Assembly: GCA_963823965.1 (NCBI GenBank)
Contig: CAWGNO010000014.1
Coordinates: forward strand, 44,698 to 108,697
DNA: 64,000 bases
DNA from: an uncultured Actinomycetota bacterium
GTDB taxonomy: Bacteria > Actinomycetota > Actinomycetes > Propionibacteriales > Nocardioidaceae
Direction of reading: 5' to 3'
A program made the position numbers and the translations under genes. Below are positions 31,881-41,756 of the stretch, piece by piece. The stretch's first letter is position 1. Each line of letters begins with the position of its first letter. The notes below the pieces were generated by a model that saw only the letters and a program-made list of their open reading frames with translations, was not told where the DNA came from and did no database searches.

Positions 31881-34271
31881 ATGGCCGAGAGCAGATCCCC
31901 GCGCACCCTGGCCGACCAGTTCCGCTCCTGGTCGGACGAGGATCTCGCGCACCTGCTCCGGGCCCGGCCCGACCTCGCCGTGCCCGCCCCGCAGGACTCC
32001 ACGCAGCTCGCCTCCCGCGCCGGCACGCGTGCCTCGGTGCTGCGGGCGGTGGACCAGCTCGACGTGCTCGGGCTCGCGGTGCTCGACGCCGTGGTCGCAC
32101 TGGGTGGCCGGGTGTCCCTCGCCGACCTGGAGCGCCACGTCAACGCTGCGGCGGACTCGATCGCCCCGACGGTCGACGACCTCCTGTCCAAGGCCCTGCT
32201 GTGGGGGACGCACGACGACCTGCGGGCCCTGAGCGTGGTCACGGAGGTCGTCGGTACGACGGTCAGCGGGCTCGGCCCGGCGGCGGAGCAGCTGCTCACG
32301 TCGTACGGACCGGCGCGGGTCTCCGCGCTCGCGCGCGACCTGGGACTGGAGGTGTCCGGGGACCGGCACACCGACGCGGTGCGGGTCGCCCACCACCTCG
32401 GCGACCGGGAGGTCGTGGAGGAGCTCGTCGGCGAGGTCGACGAGCGCGCCCGCGCGATCCTGGACCACCTCGAGCGGGACAACGCACCGGGCACCGTGGA
32501 GGACACCGGCCGACCGACGAGCCGGGAGGACGCGCAGTCACCGGCCGACCAGCTCCTCTCCCGGGGCCTGGTGGTCGCCCGGGACCGCACCCACGTCGTG
32601 GTGCCGCGCGAGGTGGCGATCTGCCTGCGCGGCGGACGCACCACCCGCCACCGCGTCGACGAGCCGCCGGAGCTCGCGACGTCGAGCCGCGCCCAGGACC
32701 TCGTGGACCGGGCGGCCGGAGGCGCGGCCTTCGACCTGGTCCGACACGTCGAGCTGCTCCTGGAGCACTGGGGCACCCACCCGCCGGCAGCGCTGCGCGG
32801 CGGCGGGCTGGGGGTGCGCGACCTCCGGGCGGCCGCCGGGCTGCTCCACGTCGACGAGCGGACCGCGGCGCTGCACGTCGAGCTCGCCTCGGCCGCGGGG
32901 CTGGTCGCGGTCGGGGACACCGACGACCAGGACGCCGCGTGGCTGCCGACCGACGCCTTCGACGTGTGGAGCAGCGGCGCCGCCGCGCAGCGCTGGGCGG
33001 CCCTGGCGCTGGCCTGGCTGGAGAGCCCGCGGGTGATGAGCCTGGTCGGCAGCCGCGACCAGAGCCGCAAGACGATCAACGCCCTGGTCGGCGACCTCGA
33101 ACGCTCCTGGGCCGTCGAGACACGACGCAGCACTCTCGAGCTGATGGCGTCCGTGCCCGAGGGCGAGGTGCTGGCGCCCGGCACCGGGATCCCCTCGGTC
33201 GTGGAGCGGCTGCGCTGGCTGCGCCCCCGCCGTCCGACGGAACGCGCGGAGGCAGTGGCCTGGACCGTGGAGGAGTCGGCTGTGCTGGGGGTCACCGCCC
33301 TCGGCGGACTGTCCACGCACGGCCGGTCACTGCTGGAGTCCGAGGAACCGCGACGCGACGCGGCGAAGCTGCTCGAGCCGCTGCTCCCCTCCCCCGTGGA
33401 CCACGTGCTGCTCCAGGCGGACCTGACCGCCGTCGCGCCCGGACCCCTCGAGCACGAGCTCGCCCACAACCTCGCGATGATGGCCGACATCGAGTCCCGC
33501 GGCGGCGCGACCGTCTACCGCTTCACGGCCACCTCGGTACGCCGCGCCTTCGACTCGGGGTGGTCGTCGGCGGAGGTGCACGGGTTCATCGCGAGCTCGT
33601 CGCGCACGCCCGTGCCGCAGCCGCTGGTGTACCTCGTCGACGACGTCGCCCGCCGCTTCGGGACGGTCCGTGTCGGGGCGGCGGGCTCGTTCCTCCGCAG
33701 CGACGACGAGTCCGCGCTCACCGAGCTGGTGCACAACCCCCAGGCTTCCGGGCTGCGCCTGCGCCGGATCGCGCCGACGGTCGTGGTGAGCGACATGCCC
33801 GTCGACGTCCTCCTGCCCCGGCTGCGCGAGCTCGGGGTGGCGCCCGTGGTCGAGGCCCCCGACGGCACGGTCCGCCTGGCCCGCAAGGACAGCCACCGCG
33901 CTCGTCCCCCGAGGCAGCGGGCACCGAGCCCCGGCCTGGGGGCGGCCCGGTCGGCCGCACGCGTGGCGTCGACGGTCGGTGCGATCCGGGCCGGCGACCG
34001 TGCCGCGGAGAGCCGACCTCGCCGGGCCGAGGCGGCGAGCCTCTCCGGTGGAGGCCCGATGGCGACGATGGCGGCGCTGCGGGAGGCCGTGGAGACGAAG
34101 GCGACGGTCTGGATCGCCTACCTCGACAACCACGGCTCGACCGTGGAGCGCGTGGTGGACCCGGCGAAGGTCGAGGCCGGGTGGCTCACAGCCTTCGACC
34201 ACCGCGCTGACGACGTGCGCTCGTTCGCGGTGCACCGGATCAGCAGCGTCCACGCCGTGAGCGAGGACTGA
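31881..34271 (+). CDS. Helicase-associated (Helicase_C_3) protein with C-terminal WYL-like domain (Rv0862c-like)
   Basis: LLRARPDLAVP, VLLQADLTAVAPGPL, ADIESRGGATVYRFTATSVRRAFD; C-terminal WIAYLD...RVVDP...RSFAVHRI; adjacent to XPB. Confidence 0.87.
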   Translation: MAESRSPRTLADQFRSWSDEDLAHLLRARPDLAVPAPQDSTQLASRAGTRASVLRAVDQLDVLGLAVLDAVVALGGRVSLADLERHVNAAADSIAPTVDDLLSKALLWGTHDDLRALSVVTEVVGTTVSGLGPAAEQLLTSYGPARVSALARDLGLEVSGDRHTDAVRVAHHLGDREVVEELVGEVDERARAILDHLERDNAPGTVEDTGRPTSREDAQSPADQLLSRGLVVARDRTHVVVPREVAICLRGGRTTRHRVDEPPELATSSRAQDLVDRAAGGAAFDLVRHVELLLEHWGTHPPAALRGGGLGVRDLRAAAGLLHVDERTAALHVELASAAGLVAVGDTDDQDAAWLPTDAFDVWSSGAAAQRWAALALAWLESPRVMSLVGSRDQSRKTINALVGDLERSWAVETRRSTLELMASVPEGEVLAPGTGIPSVVERLRWLRPRRPTERAEAVAWTVEESAVLGVTALGGLSTHGRSLLESEEPRRDAAKLLEPLLPSPVDHVLLQADLTAVAPGPLEHELAHNLAMMADIESRGGATVYRFTATSVRRAFDSGWSSAEVHGFIASSSRTPVPQPLVYLVDDVARRFGTVRVGAAGSFLRSDDESALTELVHNPQASGLRLRRIAPTVVVSDMPVDVLLPRLRELGVAPVVEAPDGTVRLARKDSHRARPPRQRAPSPGLGAARSAARVASTVGAIRAGDRAAESRPRRAEAASLSGGGPMATMAALREAVETKATVWIAYLDNHGSTVERVVDPAKVEAGWLTAFDHRADDVRSFAVHRISSVHAVSED

Positions 34272-34318
34272 GCCCCTTACCCGATCAGTGGCTTGGCACA
34301 GGTCGGTAAGGTGCTGGC

Positions 34319-34855
34319 ATGGATTTCGTCCGTTACGCCGAACGCTCGGCGGACCTCGTGAACGCCGAGATCGACGATGCCGAGTCACTCGTCGGCTTCC
34401 TCGGTGACCGCGCCTGGCTGCACGACAAGGTCGTCGAGCGCGACGCGACGGCCCTGCGCCGCTTCCAGCGGGAGCTCCGCCCCGTGTTCGAGGCCTCGAA
34501 CGAGCGCGACGAGCAGGGGGTCGTCGACCAGCTCAACACGCTGCTCGCGAAGCACCCCGTCACGCCGTACATCGCCGGCCACGAGAGCGGCAACTGGCAC
34601 ATGCACGTCGCCGACCGCAGCTCCTCGGTCGCCGAGCTCCTCGTCGCCGAGTCGCTGATGGGCCTGTCCACCCTGGTGTGCGACCTCGGGGCCACCCGGC
34701 TCGGCGTCTGCGACGCGAGCCCCTGCACCAACGTGTTCGTCGACACCTCGCCGAACCAGTCCCGGCGCTACTGCTCCGACCGGTGCTCCTCACGCGCGAA
34801 CGTCGCGGCCTACCGGGCCCGCCAGAGGGCCCACGCCGCGGGAGCCGCGTCATGA
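34319..34855 (+). CDS. ABATE/CGNR zinc-finger protein
   Basis: GVCDASPCTNVFVDTSPNQSRRYCSDRCSSRANVAAYRAR; leaderless TAAGGT-6nt-ATG. Confidence 0.88.
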   Translation: MDFVRYAERSADLVNAEIDDAESLVGFLGDRAWLHDKVVERDATALRRFQRELRPVFEASNERDEQGVVDQLNTLLAKHPVTPYIAGHESGNWHMHVADRSSSVAELLVAESLMGLSTLVCDLGATRLGVCDASPCTNVFVDTSPNQSRRYCSDRCSSRANVAAYRARQRAHAAGAAS

Positions 34856-36498
34856 CCGACGGACCCCTGATCGTCCAGTCCGACAAGACCCTCCTGCTCG
34901 AGGTCGAGCACGCCAAGGCCGACGACTGCCGCAAGGCCATCGCGCCGTTCGCCGAGCTCGAGCGATCCCCCGAGCACGTCCACACCTACCGGCTCACGCC
35001 CCTCGGCCTCTGGAACGCCCGGGCCGCCGGCCACGACGCCGAGCAGGTCGTCGACACGCTGCTCACCTACTCCCGCTACTCGGTCCCGCACGCCCTGCTC
35101 GTCGACATCGCCGAGACGATGGCCCGCTACGGCCGGCTGCGCCTGGAGAAGCACCCGGTGCACGGCCTGGTCCTCGCCTCCATCGACCGGCCGGTCCTCG
35201 AGGAGGTGCTGCGCGCCAAGAAGGTCAAGCCGATGCTCGGTGAGCGCCTCGACGACGAGACGGTCGCGGTGCACCCGTCGGAGCGCGGGAACCTCAAGCA
35301 GGCGCTGCTCAAGCTCGGCTGGCCCGCCGAGGACTTCGCCGGGTACGTCGACGGGGAGGCGCACTCGATCGACCTCGACGAGCGCGAATGGCAGCTGCGC
35401 TCCTACCAGCGCGAGGCCGCGGAGTCGTTCTGGCACGGGGGGTCCGGGGTCGTCGTACTCCCGTGCGGTGCGGGCAAGACGCTCGTCGGGGCCGCAGCCA
35501 TGGCGCACGCCAAGGCCACCACGCTCATCCTCGTCACCAACACCGTCTCCGCACGGCAGTGGAAGGAGGAGCTCGTACGGCGCACCTCGCTGACCGAGGA
35601 CGAGATCGGCGAGTACTCCGGCACGAAGAAGGAGATCCGCCCGGTCACGATCGCCACCTACCAGGTGATGACGACCCGGCGGAAGGGCGTCTACACCCAC
35701 CTCGAGCTGTTCGACGCCCGCGACTGGGGCCTCGTGATCTACGACGAGGTCCACCTGCTGCCCGCGCCGATCTTCCGGATGACCGCCGACCTGCAGGCGC
35801 GCCGCCGCGTCGGGCTGACCGCGACGCTCGTGCGCGAGGACGGCCGCGAGGGCGACGTGTTCTCGCTGATCGGCCCGAAGCGGTACGACGCACCGTGGAA
35901 GGACATCGAGGCGCAGGGCTGGATCGCGCCGGCCGACTGCGTCGAGGTGCGCGTGACGATGCCGGAGAGCCACCGGTTCACCTACGCCACGGCGGAGCCG
36001 GAGGAGCGCTACCGGATGGCCGCCTGCACCCCGGTGAAGACCGACATCGTGCAGCAGCTGGTGGAGAAGCACGCCGGCGAGCCGACCCTGGTGATCGGCC
36101 AGTACATCGACCAGCTCGACGAGATCGGTGAGCGCGTCGGAGCACCCGTGATCAAGGGCGAGACCACCGTGAAGGAGCGGGAGCGGCTGTTCAACGCGTT
36201 CCGCTCCGGCGAGATCGACCTGCTCGTGGTCTCGAAGGTCGCGAACTTCTCCATCGACCTGCCCTCGGCGGCCGTGGCGATCCAGGTCTCCGGCTCGTTC
36301 GGGTCCCGGCAGGAGGAGGCGCAGCGGCTCGGGCGGCTGCTGCGCCCGAAGGAGGACGGCCGGTCGGCACGCTTCTACGCGATCGTCGCCCGGGACACGG
36401 TCGACGCGGACTTCGCGCAGCACCGGCAGCGGTTCCTCGCCGAGCAGGGGTACGCCTACCGGATCATGGACGCCGACGACATCGCCGCGGACTCCTGA
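34852..36498 (+). CDS. xpb: XPB/Ssl2-like SF2 DNA helicase
   Basis: DGPLIVQSDKT, LPCGAGKT, YDEVH, GLTAT, SKVANFSIDLP, QRLGRLLR. Confidence 0.95.
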   Translation: MTDGPLIVQSDKTLLLEVEHAKADDCRKAIAPFAELERSPEHVHTYRLTPLGLWNARAAGHDAEQVVDTLLTYSRYSVPHALLVDIAETMARYGRLRLEKHPVHGLVLASIDRPVLEEVLRAKKVKPMLGERLDDETVAVHPSERGNLKQALLKLGWPAEDFAGYVDGEAHSIDLDEREWQLRSYQREAAESFWHGGSGVVVLPCGAGKTLVGAAAMAHAKATTLILVTNTVSARQWKEELVRRTSLTEDEIGEYSGTKKEIRPVTIATYQVMTTRRKGVYTHLELFDARDWGLVIYDEVHLLPAPIFRMTADLQARRRVGLTATLVREDGREGDVFSLIGPKRYDAPWKDIEAQGWIAPADCVEVRVTMPESHRFTYATAEPEERYRMAACTPVKTDIVQQLVEKHAGEPTLVIGQYIDQLDEIGERVGAPVIKGETTVKERERLFNAFRSGEIDLLVVSKVANFSIDLPSAAVAIQVSGSFGSRQEEAQRLGRLLRPKEDGRSARFYAIVARDTVDADFAQHRQRFLAEQGYAYRIMDADDIAADS

Positions 36499-36551
36499 CG
36501 GCACCACCGGAAACCCGGGCGTGGCTGTCCCCGTTCTGCGAGGCTCACGAC

Positions 36552-37436
36552 GTGCCCGCTCCCCTGTACCGCAGCTCGGACTCCCAGCGCCGGATTCGCG
36601 ACTGGTGCACGGACCGACTCGCGACCTGGACGGTGCCGCACGAGAGGAGCGTCCTCCCCACGTCGTTGGGGCCGACGCACCTGGTCACCGCCGGCGAGGG
36701 CGAGGGCGGAACAGTCTGCGTCTACCTGCCCGGGACCAGCTTCAACGCCGCGACGAGCCTGCCCCTGCTCACGGCGCTCGCGTCGCACTGCACGGTCGTC
36801 TGCGCCGACCTGCCGGGACAGCCGGGTCTGAGCGGTCCGGACCGGCCGGCCAAGGAGACCGAGGGGTACGCCGCCTGGCTGCGGGCACTCGTCGCGCACG
36901 TGCAAGCCGAGCACCCCGGTCGGCGGCTCCTCCTGGCCGGACACTCGCGTGGAGCCGCGGTGGCGTTGACCGGCCCGACCGACGTCGACGCACTGGTGCT
37001 GATCTCGCCCGCGGGGCTGGTGCGCGTGCGTGTCGGAGCGTCCGTGCTGCGCGCCTCCGTTCCCTGGGCGCTGCGACCCACGGAGCAGCGCTCGAGGGCC
37101 TTGCTGGAGCTGATGAGCGGCCCGGGTGCGTCGGTGGACCCGGCGCTGGACTCGACGCTCGTGGAGTGGATGACGCTGGTCAGCCGCGAGAGCCGAACGA
37201 CGGGGGCGCCGGGCCCGCTTCCTGACGCCCTCGTCTCCCGCTGGTGGGGTCGAGGTGTGCGGGTGCTCGTCGGCGAGCACGACTGCTTCTTCCCCGCCCG
37301 CCGCGTGACCAGCGCCGCCCGCGAGCGACTGGGGGTGGACACGGAGGAGCTCGCCGGGCTGGGGCACCTCGTCGTCGACGAGGCGCCCCTGCGGGTCGCC
37401 GAGAGGGTCCTCCTCACGCCGCCGGGGTCGCCCTGA
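36552..37436 (+). CDS. Alpha/beta fold hydrolase
   Basis: GHSRG nucleophile elbow, DLPGQPG, GEHDCFF, GLGHL. Confidence 0.85.
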   Translation: MPAPLYRSSDSQRRIRDWCTDRLATWTVPHERSVLPTSLGPTHLVTAGEGEGGTVCVYLPGTSFNAATSLPLLTALASHCTVVCADLPGQPGLSGPDRPAKETEGYAAWLRALVAHVQAEHPGRRLLLAGHSRGAAVALTGPTDVDALVLISPAGLVRVRVGASVLRASVPWALRPTEQRSRALLELMSGPGASVDPALDSTLVEWMTLVSRESRTTGAPGPLPDALVSRWWGRGVRVLVGEHDCFFPARRVTSAARERLGVDTEELAGLGHLVVDEAPLRVAERVLLTPPGSP

Positions 37437-38871
37437 CCGGCCGGAGGACCGTCGCGACCACGACAAGGGTGGTGGCCAGGAGCAGCGCCCCGACCATGAA
37501 GGCGGCGTCCGCGCCGGCCACGAACATCTCGTGGGCGCGCGCCACCGGGCTCGTCGCGGTCACGTCGGCCGCGCGAGAAGCGCTCCCGAAGACCGTCACG
37601 AGGGCAGCGAGGCCCAGTGCGGCACCGATCTGCTGCGACACGTTGGTGAGGCCGGCCGCGGCACCGGCCTCGTGCGGCTGCACCGCGTGCAGTCCGGCGC
37701 CGGTGAGGGGCACGAAGGTGAGGCCGTTCCCGACACCGATGAGCAGCAGCGACACGAGCACCACGAGGTAGCCGCTGGAGGTCGAGAGCTGGGTCAGCAC
37801 GACGAGCGAGAGGGTGCTGAGCGTCGCGCCGACCATCATCACGCGACGTCCTCCGAACCGTGCCACCAGCACTCGCGCACTCAGCTGAGAGGCCGCGAAG
37901 AGCGCGATCGTGGTGGGGAGGAACCCCAGGCCGGTCCGGATCGGGCTGTAACCGAGCACGTCCTGGAGGAAGAGGGTGAGGAAGAAGAACATCCCTGTCA
38001 TGCCGGCGAACATGAACATCCGCGCGACGTAGGCGCCGCTGCGGGTGCGGTCGGCGAACAGCGACAGCGGCGTGATCGGCTCGGCAGCCCGACGCTCGAC
38101 CGCCACGAACGCGGCGAGCAGGACGGCTCCGGCGACGAAGGAGAGCACCGTCCCCGCGCTGCCCCAGCCGTCGCTCGCGGCGTGCACGAAGCCGTAGACG
38201 AGCGCGGACATGCCGGCGGTCGAGGTGACGGCCCCGCCCAGGTCGAAGCGCCCGCTCCTGCGCGGGACGTGCGGCACGACCATCCACGCCGCGACGGCCA
38301 CCCCGATGCCGATCGGCACGTTGACGAGCATGACCCATCGCCAGGACGCGAGCTCGGTGAGGAGGCCGCCGGCGACGAGCCCGAGCGATCCGCCCCCGAT
38401 CGAGACCGCCGTGTAGAGCCCCAGGGCGCGGGTGCGTTCCCTTCCCTCGGGGAACATCGTGGTCAGCAACGACAGGGTGGCGGGTGCCGCGAACGCCGCG
38501 CCGACGCCTTGGACAGCGCGGGCGGCGACCATCGTCCCGGCGGAGGTCGCCAGGCCGCCCGCGAGCGACGCGAGCGTGAAGACCAGGATGCCGGCGATCA
38601 GGGTGGGTCGCCTGCCCAGCAGGTCTCCCACCCTCGCGCCCAGGAGCAGGAGGCCTCCGAAGGCGAGGCTGTAGGCGTTGAGCACCCAGGAGAGTCCGCT
38701 GGCCGAGAAGCCGAGGGCTCCCTGGATGTGCGGCAGCGCGACGTTGACGATGGTCAGGTCGAGGATGACCATCAGCTGCGCCGTCAGGATCGTCGCGAGC
38801 ACGAGGCTCCGTCGCCCGGGTGCTCTCCCGCGGGTGGGCGGCGCGGCCAGAGTGGTGGCTTGATCGGACAT
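37414..38871 (-). CDS. DHA2 MFS efflux transporter
   Basis: ILDLTIVNVALP, SWVLNAYSLAFGG, GDLLGRR, ARAVQGVG, WRWVMLVNVPIG. Confidence 0.92.
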   Translation of the reverse strand: MSDQATTLAAPPTRGRAPGRRSLVLATILTAQLMVILDLTIVNVALPHIQGALGFSASGLSWVLNAYSLAFGGLLLLGARVGDLLGRRPTLIAGILVFTLASLAGGLATSAGTMVAARAVQGVGAAFAAPATLSLLTTMFPEGRERTRALGLYTAVSIGGGSLGLVAGGLLTELASWRWVMLVNVPIGIGVAVAAWMVVPHVPRRSGRFDLGGAVTSTAGMSALVYGFVHAASDGWGSAGTVLSFVAGAVLLAAFVAVERRAAEPITPLSLFADRTRSGAYVARMFMFAGMTGMFFFLTLFLQDVLGYSPIRTGLGFLPTTIALFAASQLSARVLVARFGGRRVMMVGATLSTLSLVVLTQLSTSSGYLVVLVSLLLIGVGNGLTFVPLTGAGLHAVQPHEAGAAAGLTNVSQQIGAALGLAALVTVFGSASRAADVTATSPVARAHEMFVAGADAAFMVGALLLATTLVVVATVLRPVRATPAA

Positions 38872-38904
38872 GGCTCGTGCTCCATCCTGGGAGTGCGGGT
38901 GAAT

Positions 38905-38947
38905 CGGAGGGCGCCTCCGCTTCACGATACGGAGGGTGCCTCCGCTT
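38905..38947. promoter_or_regulatory. Tandem palindromic TetR operators
   Basis: CGGAGG-gcg-CCTCCGctt (38905-38922) and CGGAGG-gtg-CCTCCGctt (38930-38947) between divergent MFS and tetR. Confidence 0.7.
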
Positions 38948-38975
38948 ATGCAAGACGTTCTTCCGAGGAGTTGAC

Positions 38976-39548
38976 GTGACGTCACGGACCGAGCCGGCCG
39001 CGCCTCGCATGCGTGCCGACGCCGCCCGCAACCGCGCTCGTCTCGTCGCGACCGCCCAGGAGGCGCTCCACGCCGCCGACGACCCCGGCTCCGTGACGAT
39101 GGAGGCCGTGGCCAAGCGCGCAGGTGTCGGCATCGGCACCCTGTACCGCCACTTCCCCACGCGCCTGGAGCTGCTCGAGGCGGTCTACCGCGAGGACGTC
39201 GACGACCTGGCGGAGCGCGCGGAGTCCCTGATCCGGACCGAGACGCCCTGGGACGCCCTCGCCGGCTGGCTGGAGGTCTTCATCGCGTTCGCGTCCACCA
39301 AGCGCGCCATCTTCTCCGAGCTGATCGAGGCGATCGGCCGCGACTCGGCGCTCGTGACGCACTCGCGGCAGGTGCTGATGGAGACGGCCACGGACCTGCT
39401 GAACCGCGCGCAGGAGGCCGGCCAGGCTCGCACGGACGTGTCCGCAGCCGACGTGATCAGCCTGGTGGGCGGTTGCTCGATGATGCACCTGGCCGGGGAC
39501 CAGGCACGGCGCGTCCTGCGCGTCATCCTCGACGGGCTGCGCACCTGA
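38976..39548 (+). CDS. TetR/AcrR family regulator
   Basis: MRADAARNRARL...MEAVAKRAGVGIGTLYRHFPTR. Confidence 0.92.
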   Translation: MTSRTEPAAPRMRADAARNRARLVATAQEALHAADDPGSVTMEAVAKRAGVGIGTLYRHFPTRLELLEAVYREDVDDLAERAESLIRTETPWDALAGWLEVFIAFASTKRAIFSELIEAIGRDSALVTHSRQVLMETATDLLNRAQEAGQARTDVSAADVISLVGGCSMMHLAGDQARRVLRVILDGLRT

Positions 39549-39648
39549 GGCGGGAAGGCCCTCCCCCGAAAACCCGGTGACGGAGGCCCCGGCCGCTGGT
39601 AGCGTCCATCGCCCCCACCGACCGAGCCGCGCCCGCGGAGGCCTTCGC

Positions 39649-41735
39649 ATGTCCACGCCCGCCACGCCCGACGACGACGTTGCCGACCCTGGCGCCGACG
39701 ACCCGATCGCCGCCGAGCGCGACCACTTGGACCGCTCCCGCGCGGCCCTGGCCCGGATGCGGGCCCGCACGTCCGCGCTCGACACCTCGGCGGCCGGCGA
39801 CTGGGTGAGCCAGCAGATCCTCGAGTCCGCGATCTACCGGCGGATGAAGGCTCTGGAGGACGACCCGACCGTCCCACTCTTCTTCGGCAGGCTCGACTAC
39901 GACGAGGCGCACGAGGACGCCCGCGGAGAGCGGTTCTACATCGGCCGCCGCCACGTGACCGACGAGTCGGGTGACCCGATGGTGGTCGACTGGCGGGCAC
40001 GGATCAGCGGCCCGTTCTACCGGGCGAGCAAGGCCGACCCGCTGGGGGTGCGACTGCGTCGCCGCTTCGGGTTCCAGCAGGGCGCGATGACCGCCTTCGA
40101 GGACGAGCGGCTGCTCGACGGGGTCGAGGAGGCGCACAGCGAGATCCTGGAGGCCGAGATCGAGCGGCCCCGCGTCGGGCCGATGCGCGACATCGTGGCC
40201 ACCATCCAGCCGGAGCAGGACCTGATCGTGCGGTCGGACCTCGCCCGGTCGGTGTGCGTCCAAGGCGCACCCGGCACCGGCAAGACCGCGGTCGGGCTGC
40301 ACCGCGCGGCGTACCTCCTCTACGCGCACCGTGACCAGCTCTCCCGGCAGGGCGTTCTCGTGGTGGGGCCGAACGCGTCGTTCCTTCGCTACATCGGTGA
40401 CGTGCTGCCGGCCCTCGGCGAGATCGACGCCCAGCAGACGACGATCGAGGAGATGGTCGGCAAGACCCTCGCCGGCCCAACGCGCGCTACACGATCCGGG
40501 GCGAGGACGCGCCGGAGGTCGCGACCCTCAAGGGCGACGCCCGCATGGCGACCGTGCTGCACCGGGCGCTGTGGTCCCACCTCCAGGCCCCGGACGAGGG
40601 ACTGGTCGTGCCGCGCGGCGCGCGCCGGTGGCGGGTGGCGACGTACGAGGCCGAGGAGATCGTCGAGGCGCTGCGCGAGCGCGGGGTCCGCTACGGCGCG
40701 GCTCGCGGCATGCTCCAGCAGCGGCTCGCGCACGCCGTCCTGGTGAAGATGGAGATGGCCGGGGACTCCCCGGACGACCGGGTGCAGGACGCCGTGGCGC
40801 GCAGCCGCCCGGTCAAGCAGTACGCCGACCGGCTCTGGCCCACCGTCGACCCCGCGCGCCTGGTGATGCGGCTGCTGAGCGACCCCGCGCTCCTCGCCGC
40901 GGCGGCGGAGGGTGTGCTGAGCCAGGACGAGCAGGCGCTGCTGCTGTGGGCGAAGCCGGCGAAGGGGCCGGCATCCGTCCGCTGGTCGGTCGCGGACGCG
41001 GTGCTGGTGGACGAGGCCGCCGACCTGGTCGCGCGCACGCCCAGCCTGGGTCACGTGGTCGCCGACGAGGCACAGGACCTCTCCCCGATGATGCTGCGCG
41101 CCGTGGGCCGGCGTTGCACGACGGGTTCGACGACTGTCCTCGGCGACCTGGCGCAGGCCACGACCCCGTGGGGCAGCCGCTCGTGGGACGAGGCGCTGGA
41201 CCACCTCGGCAAGCCGCAGGCGCACGTCGAGCAGCTGACCCGCGGCTTCCGGGTGCCGGGTGAGGTGATCGAGTACGCCGCCCAGCTGCTTCCCGCGATC
41301 GCTCCCGACCTCGAGCCCCCGACCTCGGTACGCCGGACCCGCGGCGACCTCGAGGTGCTCAGGGTGCACGACCTCGTGGCCGCCGCGGTGGAGCAGGCCG
41401 GGCGGGCCACGACCCGGGTCGGCTCGGTCGGGCTGATCGCGCCGGACGTCGACGTGCCGCGGCTGTCGGCCGCCCTGGACGGAGCCGGCGTGGCCCACGC
41501 CGTCCTGGGTGAGGAGCCGGACGCGGTCGAGGCCGCCCTGGAGCTGGTGCCGGCCTCCCTGGCGAAGGGCCTGGAGTTCGACCACGTCGTGCTGCTCGAG
41601 CCGAGCGGGCTGGTCGCGGGTGAGGCGGACCGCGTCACCGGTCTGCGCCGGCTCTACGTCTGCCTCACCCGCGCCGTCACGTCACTGGTCGTGCTGCACG
41701 AGCAGGACCTGCCCGGGGAGCTGACCCGGGGCTGA
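39649..41735 (+). pseudogene. helD: HelD-like SF1 helicase-fold ATPase, split by a 1-nt deletion at ~40477 (possible sequencing error)
   Basis: FYIGRRH...VVDWRA...FYRA, MRDIVATIQPEQD, GAPGTGKT; second frame DEAQDLSP, LGDLAQ, KGLEFD, YVCLTRA; adding one C to CCC restores the frame. Confidence 0.8.
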
Positions 41736-41754
41736 CGGGGGAGCTGACGGGGGA
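41731..41754. repeat. 12-bp tandem duplication at a convergent gene junction
   Basis: gctgacggggga x2, containing the TGA stop of the HelD-like gene. Confidence 0.6.
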
Positions 41755-41756
41755 CC

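Noticed and set aside
39549-39648. Rifamycin-associated element upstream of the HelD-like gene
   Set aside because: Only GAAGGCC/GGCCTTC about 80 bp apart; no compact palindrome
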